From NCBI GenBank assembly GCA_001595885.1, contig LSSH01000059.1:1-53836 (forward strand): a DNA stretch of 53,836 bases, read 5' to 3'. The translations under genes and the position numbers were made by a program. The DNA comes from Candidatus Proteinoplasmatales archaeon SG8-5 (GTDB lineage: Archaea > Thermoplasmatota > Thermoplasmata > SG8-5). The notes beneath the pieces were generated by a model. That model made no database searches, had not been told where the DNA came from, and was given only the letters and a program-made list of their open reading frames with translations. Shown piece after piece: positions 17,228-26,523 of the stretch (its first letter is position 1; each line of letters opens with the position of its first letter).

Positions 17228-19868
17228 CCTCCGAACCAACATCGGAAGCATTAACAAGTACTTCATCGAAACGGTCGAAGAAGAGCGCCGTTATCCGAAG
17301 TTACTGACGCCGTTAATGTTCTTCATACTGGCCACGGTGGGGCTGGTCTGGATACCCTTTTACCCCGCCTGGATGGCCCTGATATTGGCCGTTGTCGTGG
17401 GCCTGATATCGTTCAGGTTCCCGTTCCTTTCCATTATCGTGCTCAGTGTTTTTATAACGGCTGCGGCCGCGTATCAGACCCCGGAGTTCGGCCTCTTCAT
17501 GCTGCTTTTCCTGCTCGTCGTATTGATAATATCGCTGTTCGAGTGGAGGCTCGGATACCTGGTCCTGCTCACCATTTCCCTTTCACGGTTCGGCCTATCA
17601 CTGGCCGTGCCGTTGATCGCCGCGGCATTGCTGCCGGTATTGGTGTCCATCACCGCTGTTGTCCTTTCAGGTGCGTTTCTGTGGTTCCTAGTGACCTGCG
17701 GGAACCTTAACTCGATCGGCATGTTCGTCGGCTCTGCGCACACCAGCAGCTTCATGGTTTTCTATGAGCCCGTTGCCGGCAACTTCGCACCCTCAGACGT
17801 CGGTATTGTACTGATGAACATACAGAATGCCGACCTGGACGCAATGGCTCAGGTCGTCGGCGACAACTTCGGCACCTCAGTTGTCCCGCTGTTGCAGATC
17901 ATACTTTGGGGCCTGGCCGTCTATCTCGTGTTCAGGTTCTACAACCGCGACTCGGTGGGCACGGACTATCCCGCAGTGATGGCGTTCGTGCCTTCTGCGA
18001 TCGTGTCCGCGTCCTTCTTGGGCGCTTACATTTTCGAGCTGGATTATGGCACGGGCGGCCTGATGGCGGGAGCGCTCCTGTTCGGCGTGGTGTTCGTTTC
18101 CATAATCATTGCCAGGGTGGCGAAGGAGTTCTTCGCCCCCTACTTTGCGAGTCTGGAGATCGAGACTGGCGTTGGCACCCGCATCTCTGACATGGAAGAC
18201 CTAGGTGAGACGAGCTTCGAGCTGATAGGGGGGCTGGAGGACGTCAAGGAGGACGTGAAGGAATCGATAGTGGTCCCGCTTCTGATGAGCGATGTCGCCG
18301 AAAGATACGGCATTGAACCTCCCAAGGGAATCCTTCTGTTCGGCCCTCCCGGTTGCGGAAAGACGTTGCTCATGAAGGCGCTGGCCAACGAGCTTAATGT
18401 CGAGATGTTGACCGTGAAATGCTCGGATATCATGTCAAAATGGTACGGGGAGAGCGAGGGCAAGGTCGCCGAGTTGTTCAGAGTGGCGAAGGAAAGGAGG
18501 CCATGCATCATATTCTTCGACGACCTCGAGGCCATGGCGAAGCACAGGGACCTCTATGCCGGCGATGACGTCACACCGAGGCTTCTGAGCATCATTCTTG
18601 CTGAGTTGGACGGCATGGACCGCTCATCCGGCATCATCCTGGTCGGGACCACAAACAAACCAGAGATGATCGACCCCGCGCTGTTGAGGCCGGGAAGGTT
18701 CGACAAGGTCATCTACGTTCCGCCGCCGGACATACAGGAGAGGATCGCCATCCTGAAGGTCCACCTTGCCAGCAGGCCCCTGGCGAGGAACATAAATCTA
18801 AAACTCATAGCAGCCAAATGCGAGAGGTTCTCCGGCGCAGACCTGGCAAACCTGGCACGGGAAGGGGCGACATTGGCCATGAAACGGGCGCTTCAGACTC
18901 AGAAGGACACGGTAATAACCAACGAGGACCTGAACAAGGTCGCGGTGACGATAAGGCCGAGCATCACCCTGGCCATGCTCGAGAACTACGAGCTCCTGAA
19001 GCTGGATTTCGAAAGGAAGATGCATCATGTTCGCCGCGAGGACCGGCGATTCGCCGTCGGCTGGGGAGACGTGGGCGGCATGGACCGCCTGAAGAAGGAC
19101 ATCAAGGATTACATCGAGCTGTTGATCAAGGAGCCGAAGGTGCTCGAGGACTTCAGGTTGAAGACGGGGCGGGGCATGCTCCTGTTCGGTCCCCCGGGAT
19201 GCGGAAAGAAGCACGTCATGCGGGCGGCCGCCAATGACCTGGGCGTGCCCATCCAGGAGCTCAGTGCGGCTGAACTCGTTGGCGGTGCTACAGACACCGG
19301 TCAGACCATAAAAGAGATATTCTACAGGGCGAGGGAGAGCACGCCGTCCGTCATTCTCATTTCCGAGATCGACGTTATCGGTTCCAGGGAGGCGATCGAG
19401 GACAAGGGCGCCGGCCAGGCCATTTCCCAGATACTCGCCGAGATAGATGACGTGGAGGCGAGGGAGCATATTTTGGTCATCGCAACGACGAATCGGCCGC
19501 AGGTGCTGCACCCCAGCTTGTTGAGGCCCGGCCGCTTTGACAAGATGTTCCACGTGCCCCCTCCGGACAAGAAGGCGAGGGCCAAGATATTCGGCATATA
19601 CCTGAGGAACATCCCCAGGAACAAGGATGTGGACGCGTCGTTCCTGGCTGCCCTGGCCGAGAAGACCGACGGCTTCAGCAGCGCCGACATCGCGGCGATA
19701 GTGGATGAGGCGAAGCTCATGGCCGTGATCAATTGTCAGGATGCTTCGACCCGTGCCGTTTCGCGCAACGACCTGCTGAACGCCCTGAATAGGGTAGAGG
19801 GGTCGATATCGCCTGAGGACCTTGACTCCTCCGCCAACTTCATGAAGACCTACAAGGTGAGGGATTGA
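17211..19868 (+). CDS. Polytopic-membrane tandem AAA+ ATPase (Cdc48-like D1-D2 fused to an N-terminal multi-TM domain)
   Basis: About 8 predicted TM helices (about 17300-18130). D1 has GPPGCGKT (18342-18365), IIFFDDLE and RPGRFD. D2 has GPPGCGKK (19188-19211), VILISEID and RPGRFD. ATG at 17211 follows GAGGAGGGTG and overlaps the end of the previous gene. Confidence 0.85.
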   Translation: MKMETSLRTNIGSINKYFIETVEEERRYPKLLTPLMFFILATVGLVWIPFYPAWMALILAVVVGLISFRFPFLSIIVLSVFITAAAAYQTPEFGLFMLLFLLVVLIISLFEWRLGYLVLLTISLSRFGLSLAVPLIAAALLPVLVSITAVVLSGAFLWFLVTCGNLNSIGMFVGSAHTSSFMVFYEPVAGNFAPSDVGIVLMNIQNADLDAMAQVVGDNFGTSVVPLLQIILWGLAVYLVFRFYNRDSVGTDYPAVMAFVPSAIVSASFLGAYIFELDYGTGGLMAGALLFGVVFVSIIIARVAKEFFAPYFASLEIETGVGTRISDMEDLGETSFELIGGLEDVKEDVKESIVVPLLMSDVAERYGIEPPKGILLFGPPGCGKTLLMKALANELNVEMLTVKCSDIMSKWYGESEGKVAELFRVAKERRPCIIFFDDLEAMAKHRDLYAGDDVTPRLLSIILAELDGMDRSSGIILVGTTNKPEMIDPALLRPGRFDKVIYVPPPDIQERIAILKVHLASRPLARNINLKLIAAKCERFSGADLANLAREGATLAMKRALQTQKDTVITNEDLNKVAVTIRPSITLAMLENYELLKLDFERKMHHVRREDRRFAVGWGDVGGMDRLKKDIKDYIELLIKEPKVLEDFRLKTGRGMLLFGPPGCGKKHVMRAAANDLGVPIQELSAAELVGGATDTGQTIKEIFYRARESTPSVILISEIDVIGSREAIEDKGAGQAISQILAEIDDVEAREHILVIATTNRPQVLHPSLLRPGRFDKMFHVPPPDKKARAKIFGIYLRNIPRNKDVDASFLAALAEKTDGFSSADIAAIVDEAKLMAVINCQDASTRAVSRNDLLNALNRVEGSISPEDLDSSANFMKTYKVRD

Positions 19869-20197
19869 GGCCCATCGATTGGATCGTCATTATTGCCGCG
19901 GTCGCGTACGTCGCACTGGCAGCCTTTTCAGTTAAGTTCCCCCGAGGCCGTGAGAATTGGCAAAGGGACAGAGTCGAGACCCTTTACCTGGTCATGAGCG
20001 CGACCGTGTTCCTGATGCTCCTTTTCTTACTCTGGTACGTGTCCGCGGTAATCGATTGGCCTGACGTGTTGACCATCATTGTCTGGTCCGGCGTCATCGT
20101 TCTCGTCATGCTGGTGCTCATAAGCATATTCATTCCCAGGGGCATACGCCTCACTTTCCCCGACAAGAGGAAGAATCCGTCGGAAGAGGAAGAATGA
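19865..20197 (+). CDS. Small three-TM membrane protein, translationally coupled to the AAA+ gene
   Basis: TTG start at 19865 overlaps the AAA+ TGA stop (aTTGA). The sequence is hydrophobic with an acidic tail (PSEEEE). Confidence 0.55.
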   Translation: MRPIDWIVIIAAVAYVALAAFSVKFPRGRENWQRDRVETLYLVMSATVFLMLLFLLWYVSAVIDWPDVLTIIVWSGVIVLVMLVLISIFIPRGIRLTFPDKRKNPSEEEE

Positions 20198-20323
20198 CAG
20201 GCACAAATTGTAACGATCTCAGTAGTATGGACCTCCTACTTTATTCATTAAATTGTATACATATGTAAACAGTTTCGGTCATCCTTTAAGAACTCTTATA
20301 TTACTTTTAGCAATCTCAATATC

Positions 20324-21265
20324 GTGATCATCGAAAAGTATCGGGCCAAGAGCCTGGTCAGGGAGCAGAAGAACTCGACCGCCGTCCACCTAAACCCGTA
20401 CCAGGGATGCTATCATGATTGCGTGTACTGCGACGGTAAGGCAGAGAATTACCACATGCATGAGGACTTCGGAACCCGCATACGTGTGAAGGAGAACGCT
20501 CCCGAACTCCTTGAGGAATACCTGCGCAAGCGAGGGTTCCTGCCCGTTAACAGGGATAGGACCGGGACACTTGCAGATTACACCGGCGAAAAGGCCCATA
20601 TCCACAATGCCGGTGGAGAGCGCTTCACAATCGGCATTTCGGGTGGCGTGTGCGATATCTATCAGCCGGCAGAGGAAGAGGTGCGGATGTCGCGGCAGAT
20701 GCTTCAGATGGTGTATGATTACGGTTTCCCAGTTTTCCTGTTGACGAAGAACAAGCTGGTGCTCAGGGACCTGGACCTGCTGAAGAGGATCAACGATTTC
20801 GCCGGTGCAACGGTCTGCCTGACCGTCGTGTTCTCGGTCGAGAACGAACATCTCCGCGAGATTTTCGAGCCGCGTGCCAGCACCATTTCAGAGCGTTTCC
20901 AGGCTTTGGAAATACTGCACAATGCCGGTATAAATACGGGAATCTGGATGTTGCCTATCCTGCCGTGGATAGGTGATGACGATGACAACCTCGAGTCCAT
21001 GGTCAAGAGCGCTGCGGAGGCTTGTGTCCAATTCATCCTCCCGGGCGGTATGACGCTTAAACCGGGCAGGCAAAAAAGGCAGTTCTTAGGCGTGATCGGG
21101 GAGTATTTTCCAGAGCTCTTGGACAAGTATGCCAGGTTGTTCGGCAACGACCACAGGTACGGGCATATGGATGAAGCGGTCGTAAAGGAGTTCGGCATCT
21201 TCGATTGGTATCCCAAGATGGAGCGCCTTTGTGGGAAATACAATGTGCGGATGGAAAGTTGGTAG
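20324..21265 (+). CDS. Radical SAM protein (SplB / 'DNA repair photolyase' COG1533-like)
   Basis: NPYQGCYHDCVYCDG (CxxxCxxC). GTG start lies about 26 nt downstream of CTTATATT (20295-20302). Confidence 0.7.
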   Translation: MIIEKYRAKSLVREQKNSTAVHLNPYQGCYHDCVYCDGKAENYHMHEDFGTRIRVKENAPELLEEYLRKRGFLPVNRDRTGTLADYTGEKAHIHNAGGERFTIGISGGVCDIYQPAEEEVRMSRQMLQMVYDYGFPVFLLTKNKLVLRDLDLLKRINDFAGATVCLTVVFSVENEHLREIFEPRASTISERFQALEILHNAGINTGIWMLPILPWIGDDDDNLESMVKSAAEACVQFILPGGMTLKPGRQKRQFLGVIGEYFPELLDKYARLFGNDHRYGHMDEAVVKEFGIFDWYPKMERLCGKYNVRMESW

Positions 21266-21376
21266 ATGGTGACCCGCATCGGCTTTGGGCATGCACCTGA
21301 TGTCCCCTTTATGAGCGGCTCTCCGCCCAATAGGTGTAAATCGCTGAACCACAAACTATATAATTCCCCCTTAACA

Positions 21377-21384
21377 TTTATATA
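21377..21384 (+). promoter_or_regulatory. Candidate TATA box (TTTATATA) for the 16S rRNA transcription unit
   Basis: It is the strongest TATA-like element upstream of the rRNA leader, about 175 nt before the 5' strand of the processing stem. Confidence 0.4.
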
Positions 21385-21558
21385 CAATATCAACTTAACG
21401 GCATTTCCTGCTTATGCAACGCCCCGCCGGGGCCCACTGTTTAAGCGTGCGGCGAACGGCCGGCACAAGAGGTTTCGACCGGTGATTGATGCCATTTCCA
21501 ACGCCGCCCACATGTGGTGACTTGAGAAAAACCTGCCTCGGAGGGCACTCTCAGGTCA

Positions 21559-21590
21559 GACGTTCGATGACATGGTGATACTTGATCACC
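21559..21590 (+). other. 5' strand of the pre-16S processing helix
   Basis: GACGTTCGATGACA (21559-21572) and TTGATCACC (21582-21590) are complementary to 23404-23417 and 23387-23395 respectively. The unpaired interior is compatible with a bulge-helix-bulge site. Confidence 0.75.
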
Positions 21591-21705
21591 CGCTTGAATT
21601 TAAGAACCCAAGCGAATGTGAACTTCTATGAAGTTCGGTGAACTTGCCATCACAAGTTCAAACTTAGGTAGTTTCAACCACTTCTTGACTTGTCAAGAAT
21701 GCTTA

Positions 21706-23172
<1,467 letters not shown>

Positions 23173-23386
23173 ACGAAATTTAACTTAATACAACCGGAGT
23201 TGGAGGTGACCGCCCGTTGAGACTCGCGAGATTATCGAGCGAGACGCTATGGGCGAATCACCTCCGATTCATAATTCTTGTATTGAGTACGGGACTCTGG
23301 CCTTGTGCCTGTGTCCCCATTTACCTGTTGCGTCTACAGACATCTCAGATGTCATTGCGCAAGTGTGCGAAGAAATGCCTGAGTTA

Positions 23387-23417
23387 GGTGGTCAAGCACC
23401 AATTGTCATCGAACGTC
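23387..23417 (+). other. 3' strand of the pre-16S processing helix
   Basis: GGTGGTCAA...TGTCATCGAACGTC is complementary to 21559-21590. Confidence 0.75.
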
Positions 23418-23460
23418 ATTAGTATTTTAGAGTTGATTGACCGGGTAGTTTTGTGCGGTC

Positions 23461-23484
23461 AGCGCAGCGTTCAGCCGCTGCGCT
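23461..23484. terminator. Perfect 9-bp hairpin between the rRNA unit and the convergent peptidase gene
   Basis: AGCGCAGCG-ttcagc-CGCTGCGCT. A TTTT run at 23450-23453 lies just upstream. Confidence 0.4.
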
Positions 23485-23517
23485 CTACATCATAAATCCA
23501 CCAGGAGATTATCACCG

Positions 23518-24555
23518 CTACTTCTGGAAATCCTTCACCACCGCGGTCACGAGCTTTATCAGGTTCTTCAGGTCGTCGATGTGGATGCACTCGGTCGGGC
23601 TGTGAGTGTATCTCATTGGGATACCGATAGGTAGGATCGCCGAGCCGGATTCCTGCATCGCCATGCCGTCGGTGCTGCCGCCAGTGACGCCGATCTGGTA
23701 GGGGATTTTGGCTTTCCTGGCAATCTTCTCCACCATGTCGCGGAACTTGGGTGTTGCTATGACCCTAACGTCGACCATCCTCAGGACCGGGCCTTCTCCG
23801 AGCCTCTTGGGTTCATAGAAGTTACCGGTACCGGGGCAGTCGGTGCTCGAGTAGGTGTCCAGGGCGATGACATAGTCGAATTCGTTTGTGTTGGCAATCA
23901 CCCGGGCTCCACGGAGGCCCATCTCCTCCTGGACGCTCCACACCAGGCAGACCTCGCCCTTGAACCTCAGGTTCTTGATGTTCTCGTACACCTGCAGGAG
24001 GGCGGTGACGCTTGCACGGTTGTCCAGGCTCTTTGTGCATACGATCTTCCCGTTGAGCAGGAAGAAATCCTTCTTGATGGTGATGGGGTCAAGTAAGCGG
24101 ATCCCGATCCTCTCCGTCTCCTTCCTGCTGCGAGTGCCCACATCTATTACCATCTTGTCCCAGGTCTGTTTCTTCTTTTCCTCGCCCTCTATCTTGAGGT
24201 GCGGTGCGGGAAATCCTATGGTTCCGTTAACTGGACCCTTCGAGGTGTGGATGTCCACCCCGCGTGCAATGAGGACGTCGTCATAGATGCCGCCGACCTT
24301 CTTGAATTTCAGTGTCCCGTCATCGAGGATGTTAGTGACGACGAGACCGACCTCGTCCATGTGTGCCACGATGGCCAGCGATGGTGTTTTGGCGTTCTTC
24401 TTTCCGAGCCTGAGGATCAGATTGCCGATGTTGTCCTCCTCGATGTTCTTCGCGCCCGTCTTCTTCCTCACGTGCTTCCTGACCTGGTCCTCGTATCCGG
24501 ATATGCCCGGAGCCATGACCGCGTCCCTGAGCTCGTCGACTATGTCCTTCGCCAT
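23518..24555 (-). CDS. M42-family aminopeptidase (TET/FrvX type)
   Basis: APGISGYEDQV, AIVAHMDEVGLVV, WSVQEEMGLRGA, and GGSTDG. Confidence 0.85.
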   Translation of the reverse strand: MAKDIVDELRDAVMAPGISGYEDQVRKHVRKKTGAKNIEEDNIGNLILRLGKKNAKTPSLAIVAHMDEVGLVVTNILDDGTLKFKKVGGIYDDVLIARGVDIHTSKGPVNGTIGFPAPHLKIEGEEKKKQTWDKMVIDVGTRSRKETERIGIRLLDPITIKKDFFLLNGKIVCTKSLDNRASVTALLQVYENIKNLRFKGEVCLVWSVQEEMGLRGARVIANTNEFDYVIALDTYSSTDCPGTGNFYEPKRLGEGPVLRMVDVRVIATPKFRDMVEKIARKAKIPYQIGVTGGSTDGMAMQESGSAILPIGIPMRYTHSPTECIHIDDLKNLIKLVTAVVKDFQK

Positions 24556-24647
24556 ATTATCGCTCCCTTAAGGTGATAAATAATCCAACGTTTGATGGGA
24601 TTACAGCCCCCTTTTATAATGACCCGATACTTTACAATCATTAATAA

Positions 24648-25787
24648 CTATTTCTTCTTGATGAAGGGCGTTTTCGTGGTCGTGCCGGTCAGATGGCGCC
24701 CGTGATACTCTAACCCAACCTCCAAATCGGGTTTGTAATATTCCCTGTCGAGGTAAGCCAGTGCTATCGAGTGGCCAAGTGTGGGAGAGTAATTGCCGCT
24801 GGAGACCGACCCCACTATTTCGTTTGGAGAATCCTTCAGGTAAACGGTGCTTCCCGTACGGGCGGGGGCCTTACCATTTATGTTTATGCCGATCATCTTC
24901 TGATGGGTTTTTGCGATCTTTTGGTGTTCCATGATTTCCTTACCCATGAAATCGTGGTCCCATTTTATGACCCATGAACAATTGGTCTCCATTGTGGTTC
25001 TGTCCCGGTTGAAATCCTGGCCGGATAATAGATAACCCATCTCCAATCTTAACGTGTCCCGGGCTCCAAGGCCAATCGGTAATATTCCACGGTTGATTAA
25101 GTGGTCCCAATATTCTTCCGCGAACGAATTTGGCAGGATAATCTCGAACCCTTCCTCTCCAGTATATCCCGTTCTAGATATTATTCCCAGATTGCCTTTT
25201 AGTTCGGTTTCGCTGATATCACTGATTTCCCGAAAATGTCCATCGTGAAAGTCATATGACTTAATTGAGAACTTCTGTATGCTTTCATATTCAGTACCAA
25301 AAAGTGCCTCCATATGTTTGAAAATTTCAGGTCCTTGAAGTGCAATACAAGTTAGGTCATGCGTCAGATTTATGATTTCTACACCAGCTTTTTCGATCAT
25401 CCAGTTTTGGACCGTGTCTACCATCGATGCGTTTGGTACGCAAAAAAAGACATTGTTCTCGAGTTTGGTCACGATTAAATCGTCGATTATTCTGCCGTCC
25501 TCATCCGGTAAGTGTGTGTATATGCTCTTACCAACCCCGACATCGGTTATATTATTCGTCAGTAAGGATTGTAGTTTTGAGTCCGGCGTATCATTGATTA
25601 GAAAGTCCCCCATATGCGACACATCGAAGATACCAGCCGAAGTTCTCACGGCCATGTGTTCCTTCAAAGTGCCCGCCTCATAGTGCAAAGGCATCTTCCA
25701 TCCGAAGAAATCTATGATATTGGCCTTTAACAGAGTGTGTTTGCCGAATAGTGCGGTTCGATTCATCGATGTGTGATATATCAACAC
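24648..25787 (-). CDS. gcvT: Aminomethyltransferase (glycine cleavage T protein family)
   Basis: FFGWKMPLHYEAGTLKEHMAVRTSAGIFDVSHMG and ISRTGYTGEEGFEI. The likely start is Met at 25766 (MNRTALF). GC content is conspicuously low. Confidence 0.85.
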   Translation of the reverse strand: MLIYHTSMNRTALFGKHTLLKANIIDFFGWKMPLHYEAGTLKEHMAVRTSAGIFDVSHMGDFLINDTPDSKLQSLLTNNITDVGVGKSIYTHLPDEDGRIIDDLIVTKLENNVFFCVPNASMVDTVQNWMIEKAGVEIINLTHDLTCIALQGPEIFKHMEALFGTEYESIQKFSIKSYDFHDGHFREISDISETELKGNLGIISRTGYTGEEGFEIILPNSFAEEYWDHLINRGILPIGLGARDTLRLEMGYLLSGQDFNRDRTTMETNCSWVIKWDHDFMGKEIMEHQKIAKTHQKMIGININGKAPARTGSTVYLKDSPNEIVGSVSSGNYSPTLGHSIALAYLDREYYKPDLEVGLEYHGRHLTGTTTKTPFIKKK

Positions 25788-25912
25788 TCATTAATACTTA
25801 ATTATACCGGGAAGCGTCATTTATTCACGGCATACAATTTGAGTCTCTCATCTCAGTCAGATTAAAGATATTGAAAAAGATTTTTATTTAGATATTGGAT
25901 TATGGTGATGAA

Positions 25913-26293
25913 ATGTCCATCAATGCTTTCCTCCACAAGTACAAGATTCCATTGTGTTCAATATTCATAATATTGGGGATAGTGCTCATCACATTCTGTG
26001 TGCCGGGCCTGCTCTACACAGAAGGGGATGTCGGAATAACCGCAACCGCCAATGATATTCTGGGTGATTGGGCATATTGGATTTTGATACTGGGCATCGC
26101 TTTATTGATCATAGGCGTGTTTTATGTTTACGGATACTTCAAGTATTTAAAAGAGTTTAAAGAACTTATGAAGATAAACAGTAAGGCCAAGTTCATAAAG
26201 AACCTTGATAGGATTGAGGAGCTCGCTTGGAGATTGCATCCGAGATTCGAGAACATCGTTATAGAAAAGAAAAAAGAGTTTCGGATAAAATAG
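25913..26293 (+). CDS. Small two-TM membrane protein of unknown function
   Basis: MSINAFLHKYK..., two hydrophobic helices and a Lys-rich tail. GGTGAT lies upstream of the ATG. AT-rich. Confidence 0.5.
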   Translation: MSINAFLHKYKIPLCSIFIILGIVLITFCVPGLLYTEGDVGITATANDILGDWAYWILILGIALLIIGVFYVYGYFKYLKEFKELMKINSKAKFIKNLDRIEELAWRLHPRFENIVIEKKKEFRIK

Positions 26294-26466
26294 TACCTTG
26301 ATCATCCGAAGTATCTCATCCTTAATGGATAAAAAGGCCCATCACATGTACACAACGGAAGATTAAGACACATAAAACACATCTTCGGACACCACCCCTC
26401 GATAATCAACCCCAAACCTTTTTGTACGTTCTGTATAATCCCCCCCTGTCCCTTGACTTTCTTGTC

Positions 26467-26490
26467 ATTTCCACACGAAATACAGGGGTC
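26467..26490 (+). promoter_or_regulatory. Origin-recognition-box (ORB)-like element upstream of orc1/cdc6
   Basis: ATTTCCACACGAAATACAGGGGTC fits the archaeal ORB pattern TTCCA-n-GAAA-n-GGGG(T). It lies 34 nt upstream of the cdc6 ATG. Confidence 0.55.
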
Positions 26491-26523
26491 GGGCACCGGC
26501 CTATAAAGGGGGAGGCCAGACAC

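Noticed and set aside
21266-21520. An 84-aa ORF between the radical SAM gene and the 16S gene
   Set aside because: It lies in the presumed rRNA promoter and leader, and its translation is low-complexity with no motifs. The region is better explained by the TATA box and leader RNA.
23173-23420. Search for the tRNA-Ala, 23S or 5S normally linked to archaeal 16S genes
   Set aside because: No cloverleaf, no 23S 5' signature and no 5S-like sequence could be folded or read here. The segment ends in the processing helix, an oligo-T run and a convergent protein gene.
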